NCBI GenBank assembly: GCA_965223425.1
Contig: OZ245003.1
Span: forward strand, 576,001 to 640,000
Origin: Nitrosopumilus sp.
GTDB lineage: Archaea > Thermoproteota > Nitrososphaeria > Nitrososphaerales > Nitrosopumilaceae
DNA length: 64,000 nt
Direction: 5' to 3'
Part shown: in pieces, positions 41,304-52,281 of the stretch
Layout of the letters: every line of letters starts with the position of its first letter
Position numbering within the stretch: position 1 is the stretch's first letter
Notes under the pieces: model-generated
The model's database searches: none
What the model was told of the DNA's origin: nothing
The model's input: the letters and a program-made list of their open reading frames with translations, nothing else
Program-made: the position numbers and the translations under genes

Positions 41304-44300
41304 TGTCCATTCAAGCAATAAAATCCATTGATGGCATTAGATTTTCAGTGTGGTCTCCAACCGAAATCAGAAAATATTCTGTTGCTGAAATTACCGCCCC
41401 TGAAACCTATGACGAGGATGGAATGTCAGTTCAGGGAGGTCTTATGGATGGGAGATTAGGAACTTTGGAACCCGGACAAAAATGCCTGACATGTGGAAAT
41501 ACTGCAGCAAGATGTCCGGGACATTTTGGACACATAGAACTTGCAGAGCCTGTTCTACATATTGCATTTATCGATAACATTTACAAATTATTACAATCCA
41601 CATGTCGTTCTTGTGCAAGACTTAAAGTTCCCCAAGAGGATTTGGATGCATTCAAAAAAATCAAAGATAAGCACGCTGCTTATACTGTGATTTCCCAAAA
41701 ACGTATTCCAGAGCAGATCATAGAGAAAGCAAAAAAAGCAAAAGAATGCCCTCATTGTGGAAAAACACAATACGAATTAATCTTTACAAAACCAACCATC
41801 TTTGTCGAGAAAACAGAAATTGGCGAACACAGATTGCTCCCAATTACGATTAGGGAAAGGTTTTCACAAATACCTGATGGGGATTTAGAGTTGCTGTCAT
41901 ATGATCCTGTTACTGCCAGACCAGAATGGTTTATTCTTCAAGCCCTGCCTGTGCCGCCAGTAACTGTTAGACCATCAATCATTCTTGAAACTGGAATACG
42001 ATCGGAGGATGACTTGACACACAAAATGGTTGATATCATCAGAGTTAATCAAAGACTAAAAGAAAGTAAAGAGGCAGGTACTCCTCCACTGATTGTTCAG
42101 GACTTGGTGGATCTGCTACAATATCATACTACAACATATTTTGATAATGAGGTTTCTGGAATTCCACAAGCACATCACCGTTCTGGACGTCCACTAAAAA
42201 CATTAACTCAAAGATTAAAAGGAAAAGAAGGAAGGTTTAGGGGTTCTTTATCTGGAAAGAGAGTTGACTTTTCAAGCAGAACCGTTATCTCTCCTGACCC
42301 GAACTTGGATTTATCTGAAGTCGGGGTTCCCGTAACTGTCGCTACCAAACTGACAATTCCTGAAATTGTTACAGAATGGAATATTGAGAGGATGAGAAAG
42401 CTTGTGATTAATGGGCCTGAAACTTTTCCTGGTGTTAACTACATTGTAAGACCTGACGGTGTTAAGATTAGGTTGGACTTTGTAGAGGACCGTTCTACAA
42501 TTGCCGAGACGTTAGAAATTGGGTATCTTGTTGAAAGACATCTTACAGATGGTGATATTGTTATGTTTAACAGACAACCTTCCCTTCACCAAATGTCCAT
42601 TATGGCCCACTATGTCAGAGTGCTGCCAGGTAAGACTTTCAGATTACATCCTTCCGTATGTCCTCCATATAACGCAGACTTTGATGGTGATGAGATGAAT
42701 CTTCATGTACCTCAAAGTGAGGAAGCAAGAGCAGAGGCAATCCTTTTGATGAGAGTTCAGGATCAATTAATCTCTCCAAGATATGGAGGCCCAATTATTG
42801 GCGCACTAAGGGACTTTGTCACTGGTGCATATCTTCTAACTAAAGACGATACAACTCTTACCGTTCAAGAATTTTCAAACCTTGCAATGCTTGGCGGTTA
42901 TGCTGATTCACTTCCCAAACCTGCTACCAAAACAAAAGATGGCCCAGCATATACCGGAAAACAACTATTCTCGCTATTCCTTCCAAAAGACTTCAATTAT
43001 GTTATAACATCAAAATGGTCCAAGGGAACAAGCGGCCCTCAAAATGATGTCGTAATTAAGAATGGTGAACTAATCAGTGGTGTAATTGATAAAACATCCA
43101 TCGGTGCAGAAGAGCCCGAAAGCGTCTTGCACAGAATTGCAAAGGACTATGGCAATGCAGTTGGAAAAAACTTTCTAAACTCTATTCTAATTATGGTCAA
43201 GCAGTTCATTACTCATTACGGCTTCAGTTATGGTTTTGGTGATCTTGAAGTACCAGAAAAAGAAAAACAACAGATTCTAGATGATATTCAGGGAACTTAT
43301 GATACTGTCTCTGATTTGACTAAACAGTATGAAAAAGGCACTCTCAAACTCACACGAGGTATGAGGCCTCAAGAGGCCTTGGAGGCATACATCGTCAACG
43401 AACTAGGCAAGGCAAGAGACAAGGCAGGCTCTACTGCAAATGATTCTCTTGATGATGGTAATGCAGGTAAAATTATGGCCACTACTGGTGCTAGGGGTTC
43501 ATCTCTAAACGTAGGTCAGATGGCAGGTGCACTAGGACAGCAATCACGAAGAGGAAACAGGCTACATGATGGATACAATAATCGAGCTCTGACACATTAT
43601 CGGGAACATGACAATAATCCTGATGCACATGGGTTTGTAAAATCCAACTATAGGGAGGGACTCTCTGCTTTGGAATTTTTCTTTCATGCTATGGGAGGTC
43701 GTGAAGGACTTGTAGACACTGCAGTTAGGACACAACAAAGCGGTTACATGCAACGCAGGCTGATCAATGCATTAGAACACATTAGATTAGAATATGATGG
43801 AACAGTACGAGATCCACACGGTCACATTGTGCAGTTCCTTTATGGTGAGGATGGAATAGATGTGGCAAAAAGTGATCATGGTGAGGCATTTAACATTAAC
43901 AGATTAATTGAATCTCAAACTATTGTTGATTCTGGAAAGAAAGCTACAAAAGATGAGATTGATACCCTTGCCAAGAAATACACCAAGACGTTTAATCCGC
44001 GATTAACTTCACTTGTTACTGATGGCTTGCAAAACTCTGGGCTAAGTAAGGACGGTGCAGAAGCTGTATGTAAAAAAGGACTCACACTTTTCAATAAATC
44101 CAAAGTAGAGCCTGGACAGGCAGTAGGAATCATCACTGCCCAATCAATTGGCGAACCTGGCACTCAGATGACTTTGAGAACCTTCCACTTTGCAGGAATT
44201 AAAGAAAGAAACGTCACATTGGGCCTTCCAAGACTAATTGAGCTAGTTGATGCAAGAAAGAAACCTGTTACTCCAACTATGGATATTTATCTTGATGAGG

Positions 44301-45094
44301 AATCCAAGAAATCACGAGAAAAAACAATTGAAATTGCAAGAAACGTATTACAGACTAAAGTAAGCGCACTGATTGCTGACAGTGAAACTGATTATTCTAC
44401 TGAAATCAAATTAATTTTAAGTGAAAACAGACTCAGAGAGCGGGGATGCTCTATTGCAGAGGTTGAAGCGGCACTTTCATCAAATAAAAAATTCAAGATG
44501 GAAACAACTGGTGAATTAATTACTTTGACACTAATTGAGGAATCCGATACTGCAACTGTCATTGCAATTAGAAACAAGGTTCTTAATACTACTGTTAAGG
44601 GAGTTCCAGATATTGAGCGTGTAACTCTGGTTCAAAAAGATGATGAATGGGTTATTCAAACAACTGGTTCTAACATTGCTAGATTGCTTGAAGTTAAGGG
44701 CATTGACAAAAAAAATGTCAGAACAAACAATGTGTTTGAAATTGCGGGAACTTTGGGCATTGAAGCTGCAAGAAACGCATTGATTAATGAACTTAACAGT
44801 ACTTTGGAAGATCAAGGATTGGAAGTGGATAACAGGTACATCATGCTGGTATCTGACCTGATGTGCTCTAGAGGCTACATGCAACAAATTGGTAGACATG
44901 GAATTGCTGGCACTAAAGACAGTGTTCTTGCCAGAGCAGCATTCGAAATTACGGTACCAACCATTGCACATGCTGCACTTGGCGGTGAAGTTGAACAACT
45001 TAAGGGAATCACTGAAAATGTAATTGTTGGAAGCAACATTCCGATTGGAAGTGGCACTGTTGATCTATACATGCAAGTCTCCAAAAAGAAGTGA
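41303..45094 (+). CDS. rpoA: RNA polymerase subunit A (unsplit A'+A'', Rpo1)
   Basis: NADFDGD and AQSIGEPGTQMT in one ORF; ATG at 41303 overlaps the rpoB stop. Confidence 0.98.
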   Translation: MSIQAIKSIDGIRFSVWSPTEIRKYSVAEITAPETYDEDGMSVQGGLMDGRLGTLEPGQKCLTCGNTAARCPGHFGHIELAEPVLHIAFIDNIYKLLQSTCRSCARLKVPQEDLDAFKKIKDKHAAYTVISQKRIPEQIIEKAKKAKECPHCGKTQYELIFTKPTIFVEKTEIGEHRLLPITIRERFSQIPDGDLELLSYDPVTARPEWFILQALPVPPVTVRPSIILETGIRSEDDLTHKMVDIIRVNQRLKESKEAGTPPLIVQDLVDLLQYHTTTYFDNEVSGIPQAHHRSGRPLKTLTQRLKGKEGRFRGSLSGKRVDFSSRTVISPDPNLDLSEVGVPVTVATKLTIPEIVTEWNIERMRKLVINGPETFPGVNYIVRPDGVKIRLDFVEDRSTIAETLEIGYLVERHLTDGDIVMFNRQPSLHQMSIMAHYVRVLPGKTFRLHPSVCPPYNADFDGDEMNLHVPQSEEARAEAILLMRVQDQLISPRYGGPIIGALRDFVTGAYLLTKDDTTLTVQEFSNLAMLGGYADSLPKPATKTKDGPAYTGKQLFSLFLPKDFNYVITSKWSKGTSGPQNDVVIKNGELISGVIDKTSIGAEEPESVLHRIAKDYGNAVGKNFLNSILIMVKQFITHYGFSYGFGDLEVPEKEKQQILDDIQGTYDTVSDLTKQYEKGTLKLTRGMRPQEALEAYIVNELGKARDKAGSTANDSLDDGNAGKIMATTGARGSSLNVGQMAGALGQQSRRGNRLHDGYNNRALTHYREHDNNPDAHGFVKSNYREGLSALEFFFHAMGGREGLVDTAVRTQQSGYMQRRLINALEHIRLEYDGTVRDPHGHIVQFLYGEDGIDVAKSDHGEAFNINRLIESQTIVDSGKKATKDEIDTLAKKYTKTFNPRLTSLVTDGLQNSGLSKDGAEAVCKKGLTLFNKSKVEPGQAVGIITAQSIGEPGTQMTLRTFHFAGIKERNVTLGLPRLIELVDARKKPVTPTMDIYLDEESKKSREKTIEIARNVLQTKVSALIADSETDYSTEIKLILSENRLRERGCSIAEVEAALSSNKKFKMETTGELITLTLIEESDTATVIAIRNKVLNTTVKGVPDIERVTLVQKDDEWVIQTTGSNIARLLEVKGIDKKNVRTNNVFEIAGTLGIEAARNALINELNSTLEDQGLEVDNRYIMLVSDLMCSRGYMQQIGRHGIAGTKDSVLARAAFEITVPTIAHAALGGEVEQLKGITENVIVGSNIPIGSGTVDLYMQVSKKK

Positions 45095-45387
45095 CTTGCA
45101 CAAACAATCCTTTTCTAGTAAAATCCACAAAATCCAACTCTGGAATCAACTCACGTCCGAAGAAGAGAAGTCCTCTGTGAGAATAATGGATATGGCCACA
45201 GAGCGTCTCAATAAATGGATGGAAGAGAACAGAAAAGAAACGCGTTACATGGCTCTTTTTGATAAATTCAAGATGCCATCAAGTGCCGGCAAACAAATTG
45301 AAAGGATAATCAGGTAAAGGAAATGCTCTATTGGTCGCAGGGAGCGTGAGTTGCCACTGATATTGAACTGAAAAACGTGACAAAACC

Positions 45388-45431
45388 AGTTAAAATTTCG
45401 CATAATTGCGACTCGCATAAATGCGAAATAT
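45388..45431. repeat. 44-bp palindromic direct repeat, left copy
   Basis: AGTTAAAATTTCGCATAATTGCGACTCGCATAAATGCGAAATAT; 42/44 identical to 46592-46635. Confidence 0.9.
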
Positions 45432-45460
45432 TATATATTATTGTGCCTAAATTAGGCTAA

Positions 45461-46597
45461 ATGAAGACAAATCCCTTTGTATTTGGGACTATAGTTAGTG
45501 ATGAAAACTTTGCTGGTAGAAAAGACGAAATAAAAGAGATAACCCGTGATTTAGCAGGCAAAACCAATCTTATCATATTTTCTCCTAGACGATACGGGAA
45601 AACCTCTTTGATGTTTAAGGTGATAGACGAGTTGAAAAAGCAAGGAATAGTTTGTGTTTATGCTGATCTATATCCTGCAGTTACAAAAGAAAAATTTGCA
45701 AATATCCTTGCAAGCTCCATTGCAAAAGCAAAAGCTGGAAAAATAAATGAAATAATTCAAATAATTAAAGAGTTGATTCCGCCAATAAAACTTACCATGA
45801 GACCTGAAGAAGCTGAAAGCGGAATTGAATTAGAACTCTCAAAAGGGAAAGAAGACATTGACGCAAGTCTGACAAAACTTTATGACCTTCCTGAAAGAGT
45901 TGCCAAGAAAATGAAAAAGAAACTTGTAGTGGTATTTGATGAATTTCAAGAAATCACAAAACTTGATGGACAGGAAATAGAGATCAATATAAGATCAAAA
46001 CTGCAACAACACAAAAATGTTTCATACGTCTTTATGGGAAGTCAAAGACATTTGCTAGATCAGATGTTTAATGACAAAAATAGGCCACTTTATAGTGCTG
46101 GAAAGCTGTTTAATCTTAGCAGACTTTCTAAAGAAGAATTTTCCCGGTTCATAAAAGAACGATTCAAAACAGGTGGATTTACTGCATCAAAGGATGTGAT
46201 ATCTCAGATCCTACAACTAACACAATGTCATCCATACTATACACAACAACTTTGCCATGAAATATGGAATCAGTGTATATCGCAGGAAAAGAAAAGTGTG
46301 GAAGAAGAAGATATTACTCAAGCAAAAGAACAGGTATTAAAAAATCAAAACTATGCATATACTTCCATGTGGGATTTGACTAAAGGAAAACAGCGTGCGT
46401 TACTACATGCAATGGCAATATCTGATGAGAAGACTATTTTTTCAACAGATTTTCGAGAAAAATATCGTTTAGGTGCATCATCTACTGTGGCAAGAGCTGT
46501 TGAATATCTTGAAGAAAAAGGACTTGTTGGAAAAGATCGTAATGACTATGTCATCTCTGATGCTTTTTTCCAAGAATGGATAAAAAGAATTAGTTAA
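45461..46597 (+). CDS. Archaeal-type (STAND/AAA) ATPase with C-terminal winged helix
   Basis: NPFVFG, FAGRKDE, Walker A SPRRYGKTS, Walker B VVFDEFQ, HPYYTQ, C-terminal HTH. Confidence 0.88.
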   Translation: MKTNPFVFGTIVSDENFAGRKDEIKEITRDLAGKTNLIIFSPRRYGKTSLMFKVIDELKKQGIVCVYADLYPAVTKEKFANILASSIAKAKAGKINEIIQIIKELIPPIKLTMRPEEAESGIELELSKGKEDIDASLTKLYDLPERVAKKMKKKLVVVFDEFQEITKLDGQEIEINIRSKLQQHKNVSYVFMGSQRHLLDQMFNDKNRPLYSAGKLFNLSRLSKEEFSRFIKERFKTGGFTASKDVISQILQLTQCHPYYTQQLCHEIWNQCISQEKKSVEEEDITQAKEQVLKNQNYAYTSMWDLTKGKQRALLHAMAISDEKTIFSTDFREKYRLGASSTVARAVEYLEEKGLVGKDRNDYVISDAFFQEWIKRIS

Positions 46598-46635
46598 AAT
46601 TTCGCATATTTGCGACTCGCATAAATGTGAAATAT
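46592..46635. repeat. 44-bp palindromic direct repeat, right copy (overlaps ATPase stop)
   Basis: AGTTAAAATTTCGCATATTTGCGACTCGCATAAATGTGAAATAT. Confidence 0.9.
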
Positions 46636-46681
46636 GGTTAAATTCATGATACATTACTGCATTTTTTTGAAAAATGATGCT

Positions 46682-47160
46682 CTAAGCTTGCCCGTCTGTT
46701 TCTTCAACCAAAGTCCAAATTTTCTTTAATGGCAATTCTGCTTTTATGGAATTGTCTAGTTTTTCATAATTTCGAAGAATTTCCTCAACAATCTTATCTT
46801 GATCCCATAATCGTATGGAAAAGAAAGAGCGAGCCATCTCTTGATCTGCTTTACTATTAATTCCGCCCCATGCAACCAGTAATCCATAATCTGCTTTGAA
46901 ATTTTTGATTACGCCTTCTAACTCTCTGACAATTCTTACATCAACTGGAGTTTGTGAGGATTTTACCTGTACGCAAGTTCTTGGACTTGCAAAACCTAGT
47001 GGACCAGAACCTACCAAAATATCTACTCCTCCATCTGGACCTGAAGGGGATAGTTTAGTGGAATAACCTTGGGATTTTAGAATTTCATTAATTAATCTGG
47101 ACAAATCATGTCCTGCAAATTTACGTTCAAGGAATTTTATGATTTGGTCTTTTGAATATT
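46682..47160 (-). pseudogene. mrr: Mrr-family restriction endonuclease, C-terminal part truncated by an IS
   Basis: GPDGGVDIL...CVQVKS (D...QxK) Mrr_cat motif; the frame continues up to the IS end. Confidence 0.8.
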
Positions 47161-47233
47161 AGACTTTATGCATAATTGAATCATAAAAATTTTTCCGAAA
47201 GATTTAGATCCATTTTGATCGCCGCAACAGGTA

Positions 47234-48510
47234 ATGGAATCTTCAGAACAGACTATACGCAGGCTGCAAAGGGAGCTCAAGCAAAAGGACACAGCAATCA
47301 GGCAAAAGGACACAGCAATCAGGCAAAAGGACACAGCAATCAAGCAGAACAACAGAGCAATCAAGCAGAACAACAGAGCAATCAAGCAGAACAACAGAGC
47401 AATCAAGCAAAAGGACGCAGCAATCAGCAGGCGCGAGAAGACGATTGGCCTGCTGCGCGAGCAGCTGCTGCTGCGCGAGGACAGCCTGTGGGCCGTTACA
47501 GATGCAGGCCGCTCTGATACGGACACGTCGCTGCTGCACATCAGGGAGGTGATCCACGGCATACTGCACAACAGCGCAAAGCTTGCAGGGATTACCGTAT
47601 GACCTTGACCAGTTTGACTACATCTGCAATGACTTTGTGGCAGAGTCAAAGAGGCACAACAAAGACGCGCCGCTCTTTTCAGAGGACGGGACACCGGATC
47701 CCGGAAACCGCTGCCTGCCTGGCCGCAGATCTGTTCTGCTCATGGCGCTGTTCTGCAAGCGCTCAAACGTGACGCAGGACGCTCTGGGGCACTGTTTGAT
47801 GTTGACCAGTCCACCGTGTGCAGGTACCTCAAGTTTGCAGATTCCGTGCTGGCAAAGATTCTGCCTACTGCAGACAGGATGACCCGTCTGGTAAAAAAGG
47901 CCGAGACATCAGAGCAGCTAGAGCAGCTAATGCCGGACAGAACCATCATAATTGACGGCACCGAGGTGGTGCCAAGGCAGCGTCCGCAGGACAAGGATAA
48001 AAGAAAAAACACGTACTCTGGCAAAAAGAAGCGCTTTACGATTAACACCGCCATAACAACAAACAAGGCAGGTCTGATACTTGCAGCAGGCAGGTCCTTT
48101 GAGGGCGGGACGCACGACCTTACCATGATAAGAGAGGATCCGACAGACTGGCAGGTGGTCTAAATCCATGTACAAAAAAGACACTCCGGAAAAGGACATG
48201 ATACGAGTACTTGCAGACAAGGGGTACCAGGGATGCCAATCACTACACGGGAATAGCACTTGAGATGCCGGAAAAAAAGAGGCCGCGGACGGAGCTGACG
48301 CAGCAGCAAAAGGACTCCAACAAAAGGATCAGCGCCAAGAGGGTAAAGGTGGAGCACTCTATTGGAAGAATAAAGCAGTGGGCAAGGATGACAGACCCGT
48401 ATGACGGCACGGTAGAGGAGTTTCGCGAGGAGCTGGCTGTGTGTACCGGCCTTGCGAACTTTCAACTGCTGTGGGATGCAAAGAAAAAGCGGCCGTCACT
48501 TGGTTATTGA
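47234..48510 (+). pseudogene. Frameshifted IS5-like transposase with N-terminal coiled-coil repeats
   Basis: Fragments in different frames: IIDGTE, YSGKKK, HD, LADKGYQG, RVKVEHSIGRIK. Confidence 0.85.
47279..47430 (+). repeat. 21-bp tandem repeat (about 7 heptads, two unit variants)
   Basis: GCAAAAGGACACAGCAATCAG x3, then GCAGAACAACAGAGCAATCAA x3, then one variant unit. Confidence 0.92.
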
Positions 48511-48709
48511 CGGCACAGCACAGGGTGCATGAGGCACTGCAAGAGTGCGCACGGATTTCTAATTTCTGCGAATTTACAATGATCTTTTGCGTCAAAATTA
48601 AATAATTTCCTGGACTGGCTTTGTGTGTCTTGGTAATGTATGCTGCAGAAAAAATTTGACGGGTCAATTATGCATAAAGTCTGGTATTTGGGTTTGTGGT
48701 CTTTTAACT

Positions 48710-48900
48710 CTATGAGAAATCTTCTAATACCTGCTGTAATTCCGATTGTGGAACTAATGACAATTGATCCATAGAATAGATTCCTATAAACTTCATGAAC
48801 TGATTCAAGTGCGATGTGTAGTTCTTTTTGGTATATTTTGACTTGGTTGACTCCTCAAATAGTACCGTGCATCGTTGTTTTGATATGTTCAAGCGTTGTT
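48710..48900 (-). pseudogene. Tyrosine integrase N-terminal fragment
   Basis: QRCTVLFEESTKSKYTKKNYTSHLNQFMKF resembles the integrase N-terminal domain; no catalytic domain present. Confidence 0.55.
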
Positions 48901-49003
48901 TACTTGCAGAATTTTTATTTCTGTCTGTATGTCTAAAGGAATGGATTGTTTGATTTTTGTTTATACCGAGCAAAAATATTCATTCGTTTTAGCCCGGATT
49001 ATT

Positions 49004-49234
49004 TTACATAATCTTGTTGTAATCACTCATAAATTCCTCCCTAGTCATATTGATGTCTGCCAATATTCCTAATAACAATCCTGGTTTTATTATTTTATTT
49101 CCTGCAGGTACAATTGCAACTAGATTATTATGTCGAAGTTTAGTATGACTTCCGGTTCTGCCAGTTACTGAAAATTCTTTTTTGATCAAATATTTTATCA
49201 TAACATTACCAGAAATTTTTGGAATCTTTGCCAT
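49004..49234 (-). CDS. hicA: HicA-family toxin
   Basis: RTGSHTKL...IVP...KPGLLLGIL. Confidence 0.85.
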   Translation of the reverse strand: MAKIPKISGNVMIKYLIKKEFSVTGRTGSHTKLRHNNLVAIVPAGNKIIKPGLLLGILADINMTREEFMSDYNKIM

Positions 49235-49446
49235 TATTTTTGTACGACAAGTAGATTAAAGTCATCTACATTCTCAAAGTCTTCTAATGCAAGTTCTATG
49301 GCATCTTTCATATTTTCCATGATCTCGCCGTAGGTTTCTCCTTGAGAATTAGCATGTAATTCGGCACACCTACCAACAAATCCTCCTTCCTCCTCATCTT
49401 TAGTTATGACAACGGTGTATGTTTTTTTCTGGATTGTAGAGCTCAT
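49234..49446 (-). CDS. hicB: HicB-family antitoxin (short form)
   Basis: YTVVITKDEEEGGFVGRCAEL...SQGETYGEIMENMKDAIEL. Confidence 0.88.
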   Translation of the reverse strand: MSSTIQKKTYTVVITKDEEEGGFVGRCAELHANSQGETYGEIMENMKDAIELALEDFENVDDFNLLVVQK

Positions 49447-49519
49447 AACCTAGTATTATTGTATACAATATTAAATATATCGTAAGTTTTATGCACAAAA
49501 TAATCAAGATTGTGGAATT

Positions 49520-49709
49520 TGTGATATTTTTCCATGCATCAACTCGTGACAGGATTGACGCAATTTGAGTTTGTTCAGATAATGTTGGAATACATATTTT
49601 TAATGTTTCAAATTTTTTACGAGAAATATATGGAATTGTAGTTCCTGAACTTATTGACTTAAGTTGATTAGTTTGAGTAAGAAGATAATAATAAAGAAAT
49701 TCATTATTT
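49520..49709 (-). pseudogene. hsdS: Type I R-M specificity subunit (HsdS) C-terminal fragment
   Basis: Manual translation NNEFLYYYLL...SSGTTIPYISRKKFETLKICIPTLSEQTQIASIL; cut by the IS end. Confidence 0.75.
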
Positions 49710-51016
49710 CAGTAGTTGGGATTGTACCGTTCCAAAACAGCCCACAAATCACCCGATAGGCGGTGGTGGCCACCTGGCATACACACATGCTGCAAACACG
49801 CAGATTATCCTGTTTAAAACACCGGCAAGTGGCACATGGTACCTTTGTCTGCCCACCGTGCGACGCAGGCCTATCCAGATATTGTTTAGCACCAGTGACA
49901 AAACAAACAAAAGCATCCGTACGGAGGGGTTCCTGCTGGCAGTGCGCGGGCGTATGCTCTTTGCAGACCTGTACCCCGTTTCAATTCCCCACCGCTTTTT
50001 GTACTGCTCTGGGATGTACTTGACAACGTCCATTTCGCTCTCGTATGGCAGCGACGTTGCAAATGCGTGGTACCTGTCAAACATGGTGCCGTCTTTTTTC
50101 CTGGCGTTGTCTCTGATCAGAACCAGGTTGAACGTGAACTTTTCGGAGCCGGACTGTATGGTGTACCGGGAGACATCACCGCGCTTTCCTTGGGCGTGCT
50201 GTACAATGGCACGCTTGATGCCGGCATCCTTTTTTGCCGGCATGATAAAATGCCTGTGAAGCGATCTGACAGTCTGCATCACGTCTGTTGCGTAAAACTC
50301 CCTGTCAAGAAGGTAGAGGCCGATTCCAAGGTGCAGCTTGGAGCATTTTTCGATGGTTTTACGCACGAATTCACCGTTGAAGATCCCCCGGGTGACTGGA
50401 CTGAAGCACAGGTTGACCTCCTTGCCGCCCTGCATATCTTGGATGTTATGTATGACTCACCTGTACGTTCCTGACTCGTATTTTGACTGTATGAGGTACC
50501 TGAGGTCGGGATTCCTGTCATGGTGCGGAATCTTGTGCTTGTCTATTGCAGCTACTGTCGTTTCGTTGCTGATGCGTCGCCTCATGCTGCGGCATGCCGC
50601 ATTGACAGTATCATGCATCATCTGGTCGCAGAAACAGCTCATCTTGTCCTGCTTTATGATGCGCAGCTTTTTGAGCAGCCAGCTGCCAGACTGCATGCGG
50701 ATGCCGGGAGAGCCGAGATCGCGTGCGCCGTTGGCGTATCCGTTGGAGATGGCCATGACCAGAAGAAGCATGTGCGCTGCATCCCTGAGGCAGTACAGCG
50801 TGTTGTGTCTTGTGCCAAAGGCAAGGCTCAGGCGCTGCAACGCAGACTGGAAGATTTTAAATTCCCTGATGTCTTGGTTCTGTTGGCGTGTTTGCCCATC
50901 TTTTCTGTGCAAGTCAAGGTGGGTGAGCATGCCTTGTATTTGGATCTGGTTGATCGTGTTTTGTTCTTAAAATGATCAGTTTGGCCTATATCCAAAATGT
51001 ACAGTCCCAACTACTG
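49710..51016 (-). mobile_element. ISH3-like insertion sequence, copy 2 (transposase frameshifted)
   Basis: Same TIR as copy 1 (one mismatch at the right end); transposase split into 50457-50930 and 49749-50435. Confidence 0.92.
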
Positions 51017-51929
51017 ATAATGGCAGATATTCCGTTCTGATATCTGGATTGATGAATGTATTTCTAAGATCTTCTGGCACAGATAACGAATCTGGCCAAG
51101 ACATTTTTCCAATTTCACTATTTTGATCTTTTTCTGGATCTATTTTATTCCATATTGCTGCACAAAGATATCCTCTAGCTTTTGTTCTATAATTCAGATA
51201 AAGCAAGTCATCGTTATCATAATTCGTATGTTCACGTTGATAATCTGAATTTAGATCAGCAAGTGTTGAGTCGTATAATTTTACTCTTATTTGAGGTTGA
51301 AAAACCCTATGCTCTTCAGTTTGATTCTTGATAACATTGTACTCTGTCTTATTTTCTAAAAATATCTTGATAATCCATTTGTTGGTATTTTGTATCCTTC
51401 TTTTCAAAATATGGAGAAATACACCCGCATCATTTTCTAATTCTTTGACTAGAGAATCTGAAGAATTGTTTACAATGCACTCAGTTACAAAAAACTTTGG
51501 ATGCCGTTTGAACATTCGTGGAATATTACCAAATTGTTTGTCTTGCAAATATCTAGCCCATGTTACACATACTTTGAATCTTGGATTGTCACCTTCTAAA
51601 ACAAATGAGAGTCCAAGTGAAAAAGCGCCAGATTTGAGATCAAGTTCAGTATCCACTTCTTGACGTAAATTATTTGAATTCTGAGTATTTTCAATCATCG
51701 GTGAAACTAATTCTTCATCACTGACCTCTGTTGGATCTGGATTTATTTCAGAATCTAAAATTTGTTGGTTTACATCACTATTAGAATTCAGAGAAAAAGA
51801 TGAATTCAAAATACCTAATTCATATTTTAAAAAAGGTTCTGTAACGAGTTCTTCATTTCCGTATTGTGATCCAAGAAGATTCTCATAGAGAGATTTTATT
51901 AGATGTGTTCTAATCAATATTTGGATCAA
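51017..51929 (-). pseudogene. N-terminal part of a DISARM DrmA-like helicase, truncated by an IS
   Basis: SLGLSF, TWARY, FKRHP, IFLEN, VFQPQIRV, LLY...ARGYLCAAIW and RTEYLP resemble the DrmA-type N-terminus; helicase core missing. Confidence 0.6.
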
Positions 51930-51938
51930 ATAAGAATA

Positions 51939-52163
51939 TTAGATAAATGTATTAATTTTATAGTATGATTCCATCTTACGTAAAACTGCATGTATTTCTT
52001 CAATCTTATCTTTGCGAACCATTTCAAAAACGATAGATATGGCAGAATCTGAGATTCCTGCATATCTGGATTCTAAATCAACAAAAACATCATCATCTGA
52101 ATTGAACTTTTTATTGCGTTGTATTTTTTCATTTATTCGTTTTCCATTTTGATCAAATTTCAT
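51939..52163 (-). CDS. Hypothetical protein
   Basis: 74-aa ORF co-oriented just upstream of the helicase fragment. Confidence 0.45.
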   Translation of the reverse strand: MKFDQNGKRINEKIQRNKKFNSDDDVFVDLESRYAGISDSAISIVFEMVRKDKIEEIHAVLRKMESYYKINTFI

Positions 52164-52281
52164 TAAAGTACAATTTAGTATATTTTTTTATTAGATTTAT
52201 TAGTTCATATTCATGTAAGGGTTATTGCAGTATAACCTGACATCATTAATCTTTTTATTTCATACTATTTGATAACACGTA

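Larger units (their letters stand above)
47161..48682 (+). mobile_element. IS5-like (DDE_Tnp_4-type) insertion sequence
   Basis: 19-bp TIR AGACTTTATGCATAATTGA / TCAATTATGCATAAAGTCT; GC-rich. Confidence 0.88.

Noticed and set aside
41303-45094. Unsplit RNA polymerase A subunit
   Set aside because: Established trait of Thaumarchaeota; useful for taxonomy but not novel.
5284-51016. Composite transposon formed by the two ISH3 copies
   Set aside because: The interval holds essential core genes and the outer flanks share no TSD.
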